A DNA stretch of 64,000 nt from an uncultured Actinomycetota bacterium. GTDB lineage: Bacteria; Actinomycetota; Actinomycetes; JAFAQI01. The stretch covers positions 221,221 to 285,220 of the forward strand of contig CAWIFV010000009.1 in NCBI GenBank assembly GCA_963835405.1, given 5' to 3'. Numbering within the stretch: the stretch's first letter is position 1; every line of letters begins with the position of its first letter. Below are positions 29,959 to 39,500 of the stretch, in pieces. The notes beneath the pieces are model-generated. The model was not told where the DNA came from and made no database searches. It saw only the letters and a program-made list of their open reading frames with translations. The translations under genes and the position numbers were made by a program.

Positions 29959-30591
29959 TCAGCCGGCGGAGCCGGACCGGAGCCCGTCCGCGAAGAAGGT
30001 GAGGAACTCTTCGAGCGCCTCGGCGAAGCTCACCCCGGCGGTGCGCAGCACCGCGGGCTCCTGGAGCCGGGCAAGCCCGGCGTCGAGCACCTCCGCGGCC
30101 ACCCGGGGGTGGATGCGAGCGAACTCGCCGGCTTCGATGCCCTCGGTGAGCATCGCGACGACGACGTTCGTCGCGAACCGGAAGTGCGCCGTCACCAAAG
30201 CGTGTGCGGCCGGCTCGTCGGCGACGTCCTCGGCGAAGCTCACCGTCGCCCGGTGCAGCTCGGTCAACCCCTTGGTGAGGAACGCCCGGAGCCGGTCCAG
30301 ATGCGTCCCGCCGTCCTGCGCCGCGTCGTGGGCACGCCGGGCGAGACGGCGCAGCAACCGATCGATGACGAGCAGGACGAGCGACTCCTTGGTGTCGGCC
30401 AGCTCGTAGAGCGTGCGGCGGGAGCAGTGCAGCCGCTCGGCCAGCCCACCGACGGTGAGGTCGCGGAACCCCTCGGTGAGGATGATCGTCTCGATGCCGT
30501 CGAGCAGCTGCACGTGCCGGGCGCCGTACTGCCGGCCCGCGGCGAGGTCCTCCGGTGGGGCCCAGACGTGGGTCGTCGCGGCGCTCGTCAC
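29959..30591 (-). CDS. TetR-family transcriptional regulator
   Basis: The N-terminal HTH is recognisable (TEGFRDLTVGGLAERLHCSRRTLYELADTKESL). GTG 30591 overlaps the GH3 stop (GTGA). The start is uncertain. Confidence 0.8.
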   Translation of the reverse strand: MTSAATTHVWAPPEDLAAGRQYGARHVQLLDGIETIILTEGFRDLTVGGLAERLHCSRRTLYELADTKESLVLLVIDRLLRRLARRAHDAAQDGGTHLDRLRAFLTKGLTELHRATVSFAEDVADEPAAHALVTAHFRFATNVVVAMLTEGIEAGEFARIHPRVAAEVLDAGLARLQEPAVLRTAGVSFAEALEEFLTFFADGLRSGSAG

Positions 30592-33080
30592 GCCGGTACT
30601 GTAGCGAGAGACTTGGTACCGGACAACTCCACCGGGACGACATGCCGGATGTCGGCCGACGACCGGCCGATGTGCAACTCGTAGGTCCCCGAGTGGAGCG
30701 TCCAGCCCCCGCCGCCGGTCACACCATCGGCCGTCTCCCAGTAGGCGAACGCGCGGTCGCCCAGGGTCAGCTGGGCGACGCCCGACTCGCCCGCGGCAAG
30801 GCTGAGCTTTGCGAACGCCTTGAGCTCCTTGTCCGGGCGGGTCACAGGTCCGGGCGGTGGCGCGACGTAGCACTGCACCACCTCGCTGCCGGCCCGGTCT
30901 CCCGTGTTGGTCACCGGGACCTCGACGACGAGGGTGTCGCCCGGCCGGAAGGTGGCCGCGGACAGCCGCGGCGTGCCGATCCCGAACGTCGTGTAGGACA
31001 GCCCGTGCCCGAAGGGGAAGCGGACCGGCACCCCTTTGGTCTCGTGCCAGCGATAGCCGAGCAGCACGCCTTCGTCGTAGCGGACCCGGCCGTGCGTGGC
31101 GGGGAAGTTCCCGTACGCCGGGGTGTCCTCGAGCCGCAGCGGCACACTCGTGGGCAGTCGGCCGCCCGGGTCGGCATCCCCGACGAGGACGTCGGCGAGG
31201 GCGGGCGACATCTCCTGGCCGCCGAACCAGACGTTGAGCACCGCCCGGCATCGCGGTTCCCACGGCATCGCGACCACGGTGCCTGCGTTGACCACGACCA
31301 CCGTGCGGGGGTTGGCGGCCAGCACCCGCTCGACGAGCTCGTCCTGACCGCCGGGCAGGTGCAGGGACGTCCGGTCGAAGCCCTCGGACTCGACGGCCGC
31401 TCCGGTGCCCACGACGACGACGGCGACGTCAGCTGCGGCGGCGGCCGCGACGGCACGGTCGAGCAGGTCGGCGGGAGCCGGCCGACGGCAGCCGATCCGG
31501 ACCCCGCTCAGGCGCGGGGCACCGACATTGGCGAACTCGACCGTGACCTCGACCGGGCGACCGCGGGCCAGCTCGACGGTCGCCGTGATCTCGGCACTGC
31601 CGAAGCCGAGGAACGAACTCCCCGGGGGCAGGTCGCCCGCCGTTGCGTCGAGGGCGACGTCGCCGTCGACCAGCAGCCGGGCCCGACCCAGCTGCGCGAG
31701 GGAGAAGGTGTGCGGCCCATCCGCGGCGGGGGCGAACCGCCCGGTGGCGCGCACCGAGAACTCCGGCAGCTCTGGGACCGGGCTCGGGTCGAAGAACGTC
31801 AGGTCGGTGTCCGACCGCAGGCGGTGCTCCACCGCGTCACCGGCGAAGGCGTGCCCCGCGAACACCTCCAGCAGCAGTCCGCGCCGCCCGTCGGGCGCGG
31901 TGAGCTCGCCTTCGGTCAGCACCGGTGCCGGCCCGGGCACGTCCACACCGGGCGCGTGGACGACGCGCACCTGCTCGCCGAACCGGTCGCGGATCGCCTG
32001 CAACGGTGAGATCTCGACCTCGGCCGCCAGGTTCGCGGAGCCGCCGCCCACGATCTCCGCGGTGGCCGCGAGGGGCCCGATGACGGCGACGGAGCGCACT
32101 GTGTCCAGGTCGACGGGGAGCAGGGCGCCGTCGTTCTTCAGCAGCACGGCCCCGACCGCCGCCGCCTCGCGCGCCAGCACCCGGCGGTCGTCCCGTGCGC
32201 CGGGTCCGGCCGCGGGCCCGGTACCGGTGTCGGTGCCGCCACCGACGCGGTCGACGAGCCGCAGCATCCGTCGGGCGGCCCGCTCCACCGTGTCGGCGTC
32301 GACCAGCCCGGTCCGTACGGCGGCGGCGAGCGCCGGGCCGAGCGCCCGGCCCGGACCGGGCATCTCCAGGTCGGTGCCTGCGCGGGCGGCGTCGGCGGTG
32401 GACGCGGCTGCCATCCAGTCGGTGACGACGAACCCGTCGAAGCCCCACTGCCCCCGGAGCACGCGGCCCAGCAGCCAGGCGTGGTCGGCGCACTGGACAC
32501 CGTTGAGCCGGTTGTAGGCGGTCATGACGCCGAGCACGCCACCGTCGCGCACCGCCATCTCGAACGGCACCAGGTAGAGCTCGCGGAGCGTCCGCTCGTC
32601 GACCACCGAGTCCATCGTCATGCGCTCGGTTTCGGATTCGTTGCCGGCGAAGTGCTTCACGGTCGCAGCGACGCCCTGCGACTGCACACCGCGCACGTAC
32701 GCCGCGGCAAGCGTCCCGGCCAGCAGCGGGTCCTCCGAGTAGGACTCGAAGTTGCGACCGGCCAGCGGTGAGCGGTGCAGGTTGACCGTCGGTGCGAGCA
32801 GCACGTGAGCACCCCGGGCCCGGGTCTCGGCGCCGACGAGCGCACCCACTCGCTCCACCAGGGCGGTGTCCCAGCTCGCGCCGAGCGCCGTACCGCACGG
32901 GACGCAGGTCGCCCGTGCGCCGTCGACGCCGGTGCCGCGAGCCCCGCTCGGCCCGTCGGTCATCCGGAGAGCCGGGATGCCGAGGCGCTCGACGGCGGTT
33001 GTCGACCAGAAGTCCGCGCCGGCGGTGAGCGATGCCTTCTCCTCGAGGGTCATCCGGGCCAGCACGTCCTCGACGTCCAT
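30588..33080 (-). CDS. glycoside hydrolase family 3 beta-glucosidase
   Basis: The 830-aa product shows GH3 features (MTLEEKASLTAG, RMTDGPSGARG, GFVVTDW and a C-terminal fibronectin-like region). ATG 33080 has a GGAGAGGAGG Shine-Dalgarno sequence. Confidence 0.9.
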   Translation of the reverse strand: MDVEDVLARMTLEEKASLTAGADFWSTTAVERLGIPALRMTDGPSGARGTGVDGARATCVPCGTALGASWDTALVERVGALVGAETRARGAHVLLAPTVNLHRSPLAGRNFESYSEDPLLAGTLAAAYVRGVQSQGVAATVKHFAGNESETERMTMDSVVDERTLRELYLVPFEMAVRDGGVLGVMTAYNRLNGVQCADHAWLLGRVLRGQWGFDGFVVTDWMAAASTADAARAGTDLEMPGPGRALGPALAAAVRTGLVDADTVERAARRMLRLVDRVGGGTDTGTGPAAGPGARDDRRVLAREAAAVGAVLLKNDGALLPVDLDTVRSVAVIGPLAATAEIVGGGSANLAAEVEISPLQAIRDRFGEQVRVVHAPGVDVPGPAPVLTEGELTAPDGRRGLLLEVFAGHAFAGDAVEHRLRSDTDLTFFDPSPVPELPEFSVRATGRFAPAADGPHTFSLAQLGRARLLVDGDVALDATAGDLPPGSSFLGFGSAEITATVELARGRPVEVTVEFANVGAPRLSGVRIGCRRPAPADLLDRAVAAAAAADVAVVVVGTGAAVESEGFDRTSLHLPGGQDELVERVLAANPRTVVVVNAGTVVAMPWEPRCRAVLNVWFGGQEMSPALADVLVGDADPGGRLPTSVPLRLEDTPAYGNFPATHGRVRYDEGVLLGYRWHETKGVPVRFPFGHGLSYTTFGIGTPRLSAATFRPGDTLVVEVPVTNTGDRAGSEVVQCYVAPPPGPVTRPDKELKAFAKLSLAAGESGVAQLTLGDRAFAYWETADGVTGGGGWTLHSGTYELHIGRSSADIRHVVPVELSGTKSLATVPA
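30594..30621. promoter_or_regulatory. dyad CGGTAC-N16-GTACCG (site B), candidate TetR operator
   Basis: Read directly. It lies 3 nt upstream of the TetR start codon, inside the last codons of the GH3 gene. Confidence 0.55.
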
Positions 33081-33122
33081 GGCGCGCCTCCTCTCCCCGG
33101 GCGCCGGGTCAGGACCCTTGCA

Positions 33123-33150
33123 CGGTACCGAATTGCGCCGTACAGTACCG
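33123..33150. promoter_or_regulatory. dyad CGGTAC-N16-GTACCG (site A), candidate TetR operator
   Basis: Read directly, in the 98-nt divergent region between the GH3 start (33080) and the lipoprotein start (33179). Confidence 0.55.
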
Positions 33151-33178
33151 CACATTCCCCCACCAAAGGTGACAGGTC

Positions 33179-34720
33179 ATGACGTTCTCGCGCGCAGTGA
33201 CTCGCCGGCTAGGTCGCAGCGTCGCGCTCGGGGCCGTGGCCGCCTGCGCCGCGTGCGGCAGCACGGTGGCGGGGGTCGGCACCGTCGCGACCGGCCCGGC
33301 CGTCGACGGTCTCTCGTCATCGGCCGGGTCGCAGACCTTCTCGGCCCCGGGTCCCGCGGGTGCGCCGGCTGCGGACCCGGGGGCGGCCGCCGTGGGGATC
33401 GGGCCGCCGGCGGCCGGCGGGGCCGACACGACGACCGGGCCCGTCCCGGGGGCCGGCGCCGCGGTCGTCACGCCCACCACCGCCGGCGCCGCGCCAAGGG
33501 CGGACGTGACCGGCCCGATCAAGGTCGGGATCCTGCTGACGGCCGTCGGCAACGCCGACGCCGTCGGGATCGAGGTCGGCAACACCTACTCGGAGCGCGA
33601 GTTCGACGACGCGTTGATCGAGGCGCTCAACAAGCGGGGCGGGTTGCACGGTCGACGGATCATCCCGGTCTACGCCAAGACGGACACGGCGAGCACGGAC
33701 TGGAGCACCGACTTCCAGAAGGCGTGCGCGAAGTTCACGCAGGACGACCGGGTCGACGTCGTCCTCGGCTCGGACTTCGCCTACTTCGCGAACTTCGAAC
33801 GGTGCCTCGCCCGGGCGGGCATCCCGCATCTCAGCAACTCCTCGAACGTCCCCGACAACCAGGAGTTGCGGCAGTTCCCACTGCTGCGAGCGCTCATCGT
33901 GCCCACCATCGACAAGCGGTCGATCGCGAAACTGCAGGGTGCGATCAACTCGGGCTTCCTGACCCCGGAGAACAAGCTGGGGGTCATCACCGACAGCTGT
34001 CCCGGCACCCAGCGCGCCTGGCAGCAGGTCGTCAAACCGTTCCTGGCCCGCCATCACATCACCGTCGCGGCGACCGCTGACGAAGGCTGCGCCGACGGCT
34101 ACAACTCCTCCTTCTCCGCGGCGGGTGCCGCCGTCGGCAACGCGACCCTGTCGTTCCGCTCCAAGGGTGTGGACCGGATCACCTTCATCACCGTCTCCGA
34201 GTCGGGAACGATGATCGTGATGGCGCACGACGCGTCGTCGCAGCACTACTACCCCGGCTGGATCCTGTCCTCGCTCGCCGGCACGGCACTCCTCCAGGAT
34301 CAGGCGCCGCAGGACGAGATGCGCAACACCAGGGTCTACGGGTGGCTGCCGTCCCAGGACGTCAAGCCGTCGCAGTACCCCGAGCCGAACGCCGCGCAAC
34401 GCCGCTGCTACTCGCTCGTGAAGTCGCAAGGCGTCACCCCGGTCTCGACCGCGGACTACTCCTACACGCAGAGCATCTGCGAGGCGGTCTTCGTCTACGA
34501 GGCTGCGCTCGGCAACAGCCACGTCGACACCGAGGGGCGGGCCGTCATCGCCGGTCTGGGAAAGGTGGGCCGCAGCTACCAGAGCGTGTTCGACATCGGT
34601 GGCGCCGCCGACTTCAGCATCGACCGGTTGAACGACGCGCCGCGGCTCTATCGCGAGGCCCGCTGGGAAGCCCATTGCAGCTGCTTCGCCTACGCCGGCC
34701 CCACCTACCCGATGCCGTGA
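33179..34720 (+). CDS. binding-protein-like lipoprotein (paralog family, copy 2), intact
   Basis: It has a lipobox (AACAACG), a low-complexity linker and a type-I binding-protein-like body. The conserved tail is WEAHCSCFAYAGPTYPMP. Confidence 0.8.
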   Translation: MTFSRAVTRRLGRSVALGAVAACAACGSTVAGVGTVATGPAVDGLSSSAGSQTFSAPGPAGAPAADPGAAAVGIGPPAAGGADTTTGPVPGAGAAVVTPTTAGAAPRADVTGPIKVGILLTAVGNADAVGIEVGNTYSEREFDDALIEALNKRGGLHGRRIIPVYAKTDTASTDWSTDFQKACAKFTQDDRVDVVLGSDFAYFANFERCLARAGIPHLSNSSNVPDNQELRQFPLLRALIVPTIDKRSIAKLQGAINSGFLTPENKLGVITDSCPGTQRAWQQVVKPFLARHHITVAATADEGCADGYNSSFSAAGAAVGNATLSFRSKGVDRITFITVSESGTMIVMAHDASSQHYYPGWILSSLAGTALLQDQAPQDEMRNTRVYGWLPSQDVKPSQYPEPNAAQRRCYSLVKSQGVTPVSTADYSYTQSICEAVFVYEAALGNSHVDTEGRAVIAGLGKVGRSYQSVFDIGGAADFSIDRLNDAPRLYREARWEAHCSCFAYAGPTYPMP

Positions 34721-34734
34721 CGAGGGAGACCCTG

Positions 34735-35601
34735 ATGACCGAGCTGGTCACCGATGTCCGGCGACACCCGTGGAACCGGGACTTCCGCTGGCAGTCGCGC
34801 ACCGGGCCGTTCCAGGTGCTCACCCCCGAGCACGCAGAACAGTTCGACCGGGACGGCTTCGTCGTCCTCGAGGACGTCTTCGACGCAAACGAGGTCGCGG
34901 CCGTCACCGCCTGCACCGACGCGGCCGACGAGCGCACCGAGGCGATGCTCCGCACCCGGGCAGACGGGCGGATCAGCATCGCGGAGTCCGGCTCCATCAG
35001 CTTCACCGCGCATCTGGTCGCGGAGTTCCCGGCCGTCCGCGAGTTCGCCGCCCACCCCACCCTGGCCGGAATATGCGCCGACGCCCTCGGCCCGGACGTG
35101 AACCTCTACTGGGACCAGGCGGTCTACAAGAAGCCCGAGAAGCCGCGCCGGTTCCCGTGGCACCAGGACAACGGCTACACCTTTGTCGAGCCACAGCAAT
35201 ACGTGACCTGCTGGGTGGCGCTCACCGACGCCACTGTCGACAACGGCTGCCCGCAGGTCGTGCCGGGCCTGCACCGGCTCGGCACCCTCCACCACGACTA
35301 CGTCGACCCGCTCGGTCTCGAGTGCCTTTCCGATCCGCCCGGCGTGGTTGCCGCCCCCGTTCGCGCCGGTGGGGTCGTGCTGTTCTCGTCCCTGACGCCG
35401 CACCTGACGGGCCCGAACACCACCGACCAGGTGCGCAAGGCCTACATCCTGCAGTACGCGCCGGCCGGTGCGCATGCCCTCACCGGGGAGCCGGACGCCC
35501 CGCCCACCGGCCGGGAGCCGTGTGACCGGCCGGACCGGCAGTTCCCCGTCGTCCGCGGCGGCGGCCGCGTCCCACCACCCACCTGGAGCCCGGCACAGTG
35601 A
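34735..35601 (+). CDS. phytanoyl-CoA dioxygenase (PhyH) family Fe(II)/2-oxoglutarate oxygenase
   Basis: It carries the HxD motif (WHQDNGY) and a distal His (LTPHLTGPN). A GAGGGAGA Shine-Dalgarno sequence precedes ATG 34735. Confidence 0.8.
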   Translation: MTELVTDVRRHPWNRDFRWQSRTGPFQVLTPEHAEQFDRDGFVVLEDVFDANEVAAVTACTDAADERTEAMLRTRADGRISIAESGSISFTAHLVAEFPAVREFAAHPTLAGICADALGPDVNLYWDQAVYKKPEKPRRFPWHQDNGYTFVEPQQYVTCWVALTDATVDNGCPQVVPGLHRLGTLHHDYVDPLGLECLSDPPGVVAAPVRAGGVVLFSSLTPHLTGPNTTDQVRKAYILQYAPAGAHALTGEPDAPPTGREPCDRPDRQFPVVRGGGRVPPPTWSPAQ

Positions 35602-36532
35602 CCGCTCTCGATCTGTCCGGACGCGTCGTGGTCGTCACCGGCGCCGGCGCCGGCCTCGGCCGCTCACACGCTCTGCTGCTCGCCGCGCACGGCGCTGCCG
35701 TCGTCGTCAACGATCTCGGCGGCGCCGCCGACGGCACCGGTTCGGACCGGTACGCCGGCCGACGCGGTCGTCGCCGAGATCGTCGCCGCCGGCGGGGCCG
35801 CGGTGGCGAGCCATGCCAGCGTCGGGACCGGGGACGGCGCCGCGGAGATCGTCTCGTCCGCCCTCGACGAATTCGGCCGGGTCGACGCCGTCGTCAACAA
35901 TGCAGGCATCCTGCGGGACCGCTCGCTGACCAAGCTCACCGCCGACGACATCGACCGTGTCCTCGACGTCCATCTCAAGGGCACGATCTTCGTCACGCAG
36001 GCGGCGTTCCCGCACATGAAGGCAAACGGATTCGGGCGGTTCGTGCACACGACGAGTGCGGCGGGGCTGTTCGGCAACTTCGGCCAGGCCAACTATGCCG
36101 CCGCAAAGATGGGCATCGTCGGCTTCTCCCGCACGGTCGCCGAGGAGGGCGCCCGCGCCGGCATCACGAGCAACGTCATCGCCCCGGTGGCCCGCACCCG
36201 ACTGACCGGAGAGCTCCTCGGGACCGCTCGCCGACCAGCTCGACCCGAGGCCCGTGTCGGCTCTCGTCTCCTACCTCGTCAGCCCCGGGTGCACGCTGTC
36301 GCGCGAGGTCATCTCGTGTGCCGGCGGCCGTTACGCCCGGGTGTTCACCGGCCTCACTCCCGGATGGCGGGCGGACCCGGCGACCGTGACACCGGAGGAC
36401 GTCGGCGCGCATCTCGACGACATCCTCACGCTCGACGGGTTCACCGTCCCGGTCAACGCCATGGAGGAGATCAAGCAGATCGCGGCGATGGTCAGTGCGC
36501 CGGTGAGCCCGCAACCGGTCGGCGCGGCCTGA
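35598..36532 (+). pseudogene. short-chain dehydrogenase/reductase (MFE-2/Hsd4A-like hydroxyacyl-CoA dehydrogenase type) with two frame changes
   Basis: TGAGAGLG is in frame 1; NNAG, the YAAAK catalytic motif and [12 protein letters not shown] are in frame 2; [22 protein letters not shown] and the C-terminus are in frame 3. The switches fall near 35745-35760 and near 36222. Confidence 0.7.
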
Positions 36533-36563
36533 TGCGCGACCACGACGAGAGCCAGGAGGGCTA

Positions 36564-37757
36564 GTGCCAGGGAAGGTGTTCGTCGCCGGGGTCGGCATGA
36601 CGAAGTTCGACAAGCCAGGACGCCGTGAGGCGGACTATCCGCAGCTCGTCGAGGAGGCCGGCACGCGCGCACTTGCCGATGCCGGCATCGGCTACCACGA
36701 GGTCGAGCAGGTCGTCGCGGGCTACGTCTACGGCGACTCCTGCTCCGGTCAGAGGGCGGCGTACGAGCTCGGGCTGACCGGCCGACCGGTCTACAACCTC
36801 AACAACAACTGCGCGACCGGCTCGACGGCTCTCGCCCTCGCCCGGCAGCTCGTCGCCGGCGGCGTTGCCGACGTCGTGCTCGCGCTCGGGTTCGAGAAGA
36901 TGCAGCGCGGATCGCTGGCTCTGGGTTCGACGGATCGGGCGAACCCGCTCCAGCCGCACATCGACGCGGTCGCCGCCGTACACGCGCCGGAGCAGTCCCC
37001 GATCGCTCCGCAGATGTTCGGCAACGCCGGACGCGAGCACATGGCCCGCTACGGATCGACGCCGCGGCACTTCGCGATGGTCGGCGAGAAGAACCACCGG
37101 CATTCGGTGAACAACCCCTACGCGCAGTTCCAGGACGCCTACACCCTCGATGACATCGAGAACGCGCCCCTCGTCCACGCGCCGTTGACCCGGCTGCAGT
37201 GCTCCCCCACCTCCGACGGAGCGGCCGCGGTCGTCGTGATGAGCGAGCGGGCCGTCGCAGCCCGGGGGCTCGGCGCAACCGCCGTCGAGATCGCCGGCCA
37301 GGGCATGGCCAGCGACACCAGCGAGTCGTTCGACCCACCGAGCGCGATCGCAGCTGTCGGTGTCGGCATGACGCGGCAAGCCGCAGGCATCGCCTACGAA
37401 GAGGCCGGGCTCGGCCCCGACGATGCCCAGGTGGTCGAGCTCCACGACTGCTTCTCCACCAACGAGGTCCTCAGCTATGAGGCGCTCGGCCTGGCGCCCG
37501 ACGGCAAGGGACACCTCCTCGTCGAGGAGGACGCCACGACGTACGGCGGCCAGTGGGTCGTCAACCCGTCCGGCGGCCTCATCAGCAAGGGCCACCCGTT
37601 GGGAGTCACCGGGCTCGCCCAGTGCGCCGAGCTGACCTGGCAGCTGCGCGGCACCGCGGGTCTGCGCCAGGTCGCGGACGCGCGGGTGGCCATCCAGCAC
37701 AACATCGGGCTCGGTGGCCTGGCCGTCGTGACCGTTTACCGCGCGCCCGCCGCGTGA
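36564..37757 (+). CDS. SCP-x / lipid-transfer-protein-type thiolase
   Basis: The translation (KVFVAGVGMTKFDKPG, NLNNNCATGSTAL, GGLISKGHPLGVTG) is typical of non-specific lipid-transfer thiolases. An AGGAGGG Shine-Dalgarno sequence precedes the start. Confidence 0.85.
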   Translation: MPGKVFVAGVGMTKFDKPGRREADYPQLVEEAGTRALADAGIGYHEVEQVVAGYVYGDSCSGQRAAYELGLTGRPVYNLNNNCATGSTALALARQLVAGGVADVVLALGFEKMQRGSLALGSTDRANPLQPHIDAVAAVHAPEQSPIAPQMFGNAGREHMARYGSTPRHFAMVGEKNHRHSVNNPYAQFQDAYTLDDIENAPLVHAPLTRLQCSPTSDGAAAVVVMSERAVAARGLGATAVEIAGQGMASDTSESFDPPSAIAAVGVGMTRQAAGIAYEEAGLGPDDAQVVELHDCFSTNEVLSYEALGLAPDGKGHLLVEEDATTYGGQWVVNPSGGLISKGHPLGVTGLAQCAELTWQLRGTAGLRQVADARVAIQHNIGLGGLAVVTVYRAPAA

Positions 37758-37904
37758 CCTCCCCCTCGACCGAGTGTTGAGTGTGACGCTCCGCGTTCAC
37801 TGCGGGTCGGATGGGACACGGTGCGTCGCGAGTGCAGACTGAACGACGGCGGAACGACCGAGATCATGACGGAGATCGTCGGCCGCTCCCTGGGGGTGTA
37901 GGCG

Positions 37905-39405
37905 ATGCGGCCGCGGGTCGGCGTCGGGGTCGCCGCTGCACTGCTGGCGGCCGCCTGCGGCACGCCACTGTTCCGACTGCGGGACGAACCGGCCTCGAGA
38001 CCGATCGCCTGAGTGATCCCGTCGAGGTGGTGCCGCCGTCCGCGGTCGGGGGCACGGGACTGGAGGCGAGCCCGCCCGGGTCCCCGGGTGGGTCGAATAT
38101 CGCCTCGTCCGGCGCCAGCGCCGTCCGCCCCGGCGGACAGATCGAGCGCAGCGTCCACCGGCGGAACTGTCCGAGGCCGTCCGGGGGGTGGGCAAGGCTG
38201 GGTTGCGCAGCAATGGGCCGATCCTGGTCGCGGCCCTGCCCTACGTCGACCAGCAGCAGGGCTCCGCGTTCACGGGGTCGATCGGCACAGGCCTGGAGAC
38301 GGGCGACCTGAAGGGCATGGTCGACGCCCTCGTCGCCGACCTCAACCACCGCGGCGGCATCCTGGGCCACCTAGTGAAGATCATTCCCTATCGCATCGAC
38401 CCGTCATCCTCCCAGACCCAGTACGAGCAAGGCGCCTGCGCCACCTTCACTCAGGACAATCACGTCCTCGTCGCCCTCCTCGGCGGCGCGAGCCCGAACT
38501 ACCTCAGCTGTGTCACTCGCGGAGGTGCTGCCGTCCTCGGCACCGACTGGAGCAACTTGCGACAGGCGGACTATGCGCGACTGCAGTGGGTGCTCCAGCC
38601 CGACGCCATCGCGCTCGACCGGCTCGCCCGCATCCAGGCGGACCAGTTCGTCGCAATGGGCCTGTTCGAGTCCGATCTCCCTGCCAAGGTCGGCGTCCTC
38701 TACTTCGAGGACCCGGCCTTCGCCGCCGCCGAGAAAGTGCTCGAGCAAGAACTGGCGCGGCGGGGTGTGCAGGTTGCGGACCGGCAAGCCTTCCACTATG
38801 TCGCCGCTGCCTCCGACGTCGGCCCGACACAGACACAGGTGCAGAACGCCGTCCTGCGGTTCCGCTCCGAGGGCATCACCCACGTCATCGGGGTAGAGAC
38901 GAACGCGTGGCTGATCGGCTTCTTCGGCGTCGGCGCCGCAAGCCAGGACTACTACCCCCGCTACGGATATACCAGTGACGAGGTGCTGAGCAACGTCGCG
39001 GCCAACGTGCCCGCGCGCGCCCTCGAAGGCGCCAGGTTTGTCGGCTGGTGGCCCGCGCAGGACGTCACAGACCCGGCCTCCTACCCCACCGCCGCCCGTC
39101 GCTGCCTGACTTTCATGCGCAAGCACGGATTCGCGATCAGCACCGGCAACCAACGTGGCGATGCGCTCGGCGCCTGCGAAAGCATCAGCTTCCTCGAGCG
39201 AGCCTTGACCGCTGGCGGTGAGCCCATGTCGCGGACCAGCCTCTTCACCGGGGCGCGCGGGCTGCGGACGTACCAGCCGACCAACACGTTTCGGTTGCGG
39301 ATCACGGCACGCAACTACGACGGAGTCTCCACAATCCGACAGGGAAGGTGGGACTCTCACTGCGGCTGTTTCGCCTACACGAGCGGTCTCATCCCGATCG
39401 ACTGA
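37905..39405 (+). pseudogene. binding-protein-like lipoprotein (paralog family, copy 3) with at least two frame changes in the N-terminal linker
   Basis: ATG 37905 encodes a lipoprotein signal (MRPRVGVGVAAALLAAACG) that hits a stop at 38010. The body (GPILVAALPYVD ... WDSHCGCFAYTSGLIPID) is in another frame, which is closed upstream by a stop at 38014-38016. Only the third frame bridges the two. Confidence 0.6.
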
Positions 39406-39500
39406 GGCGCGGGCAGCGGCAGCAACGACGGGTGCTTCGCAGCCCGATTCACCAACGGGGCTTCACAGCCGCGCAGGCGCCCACACTCCTGACCCGGTGG

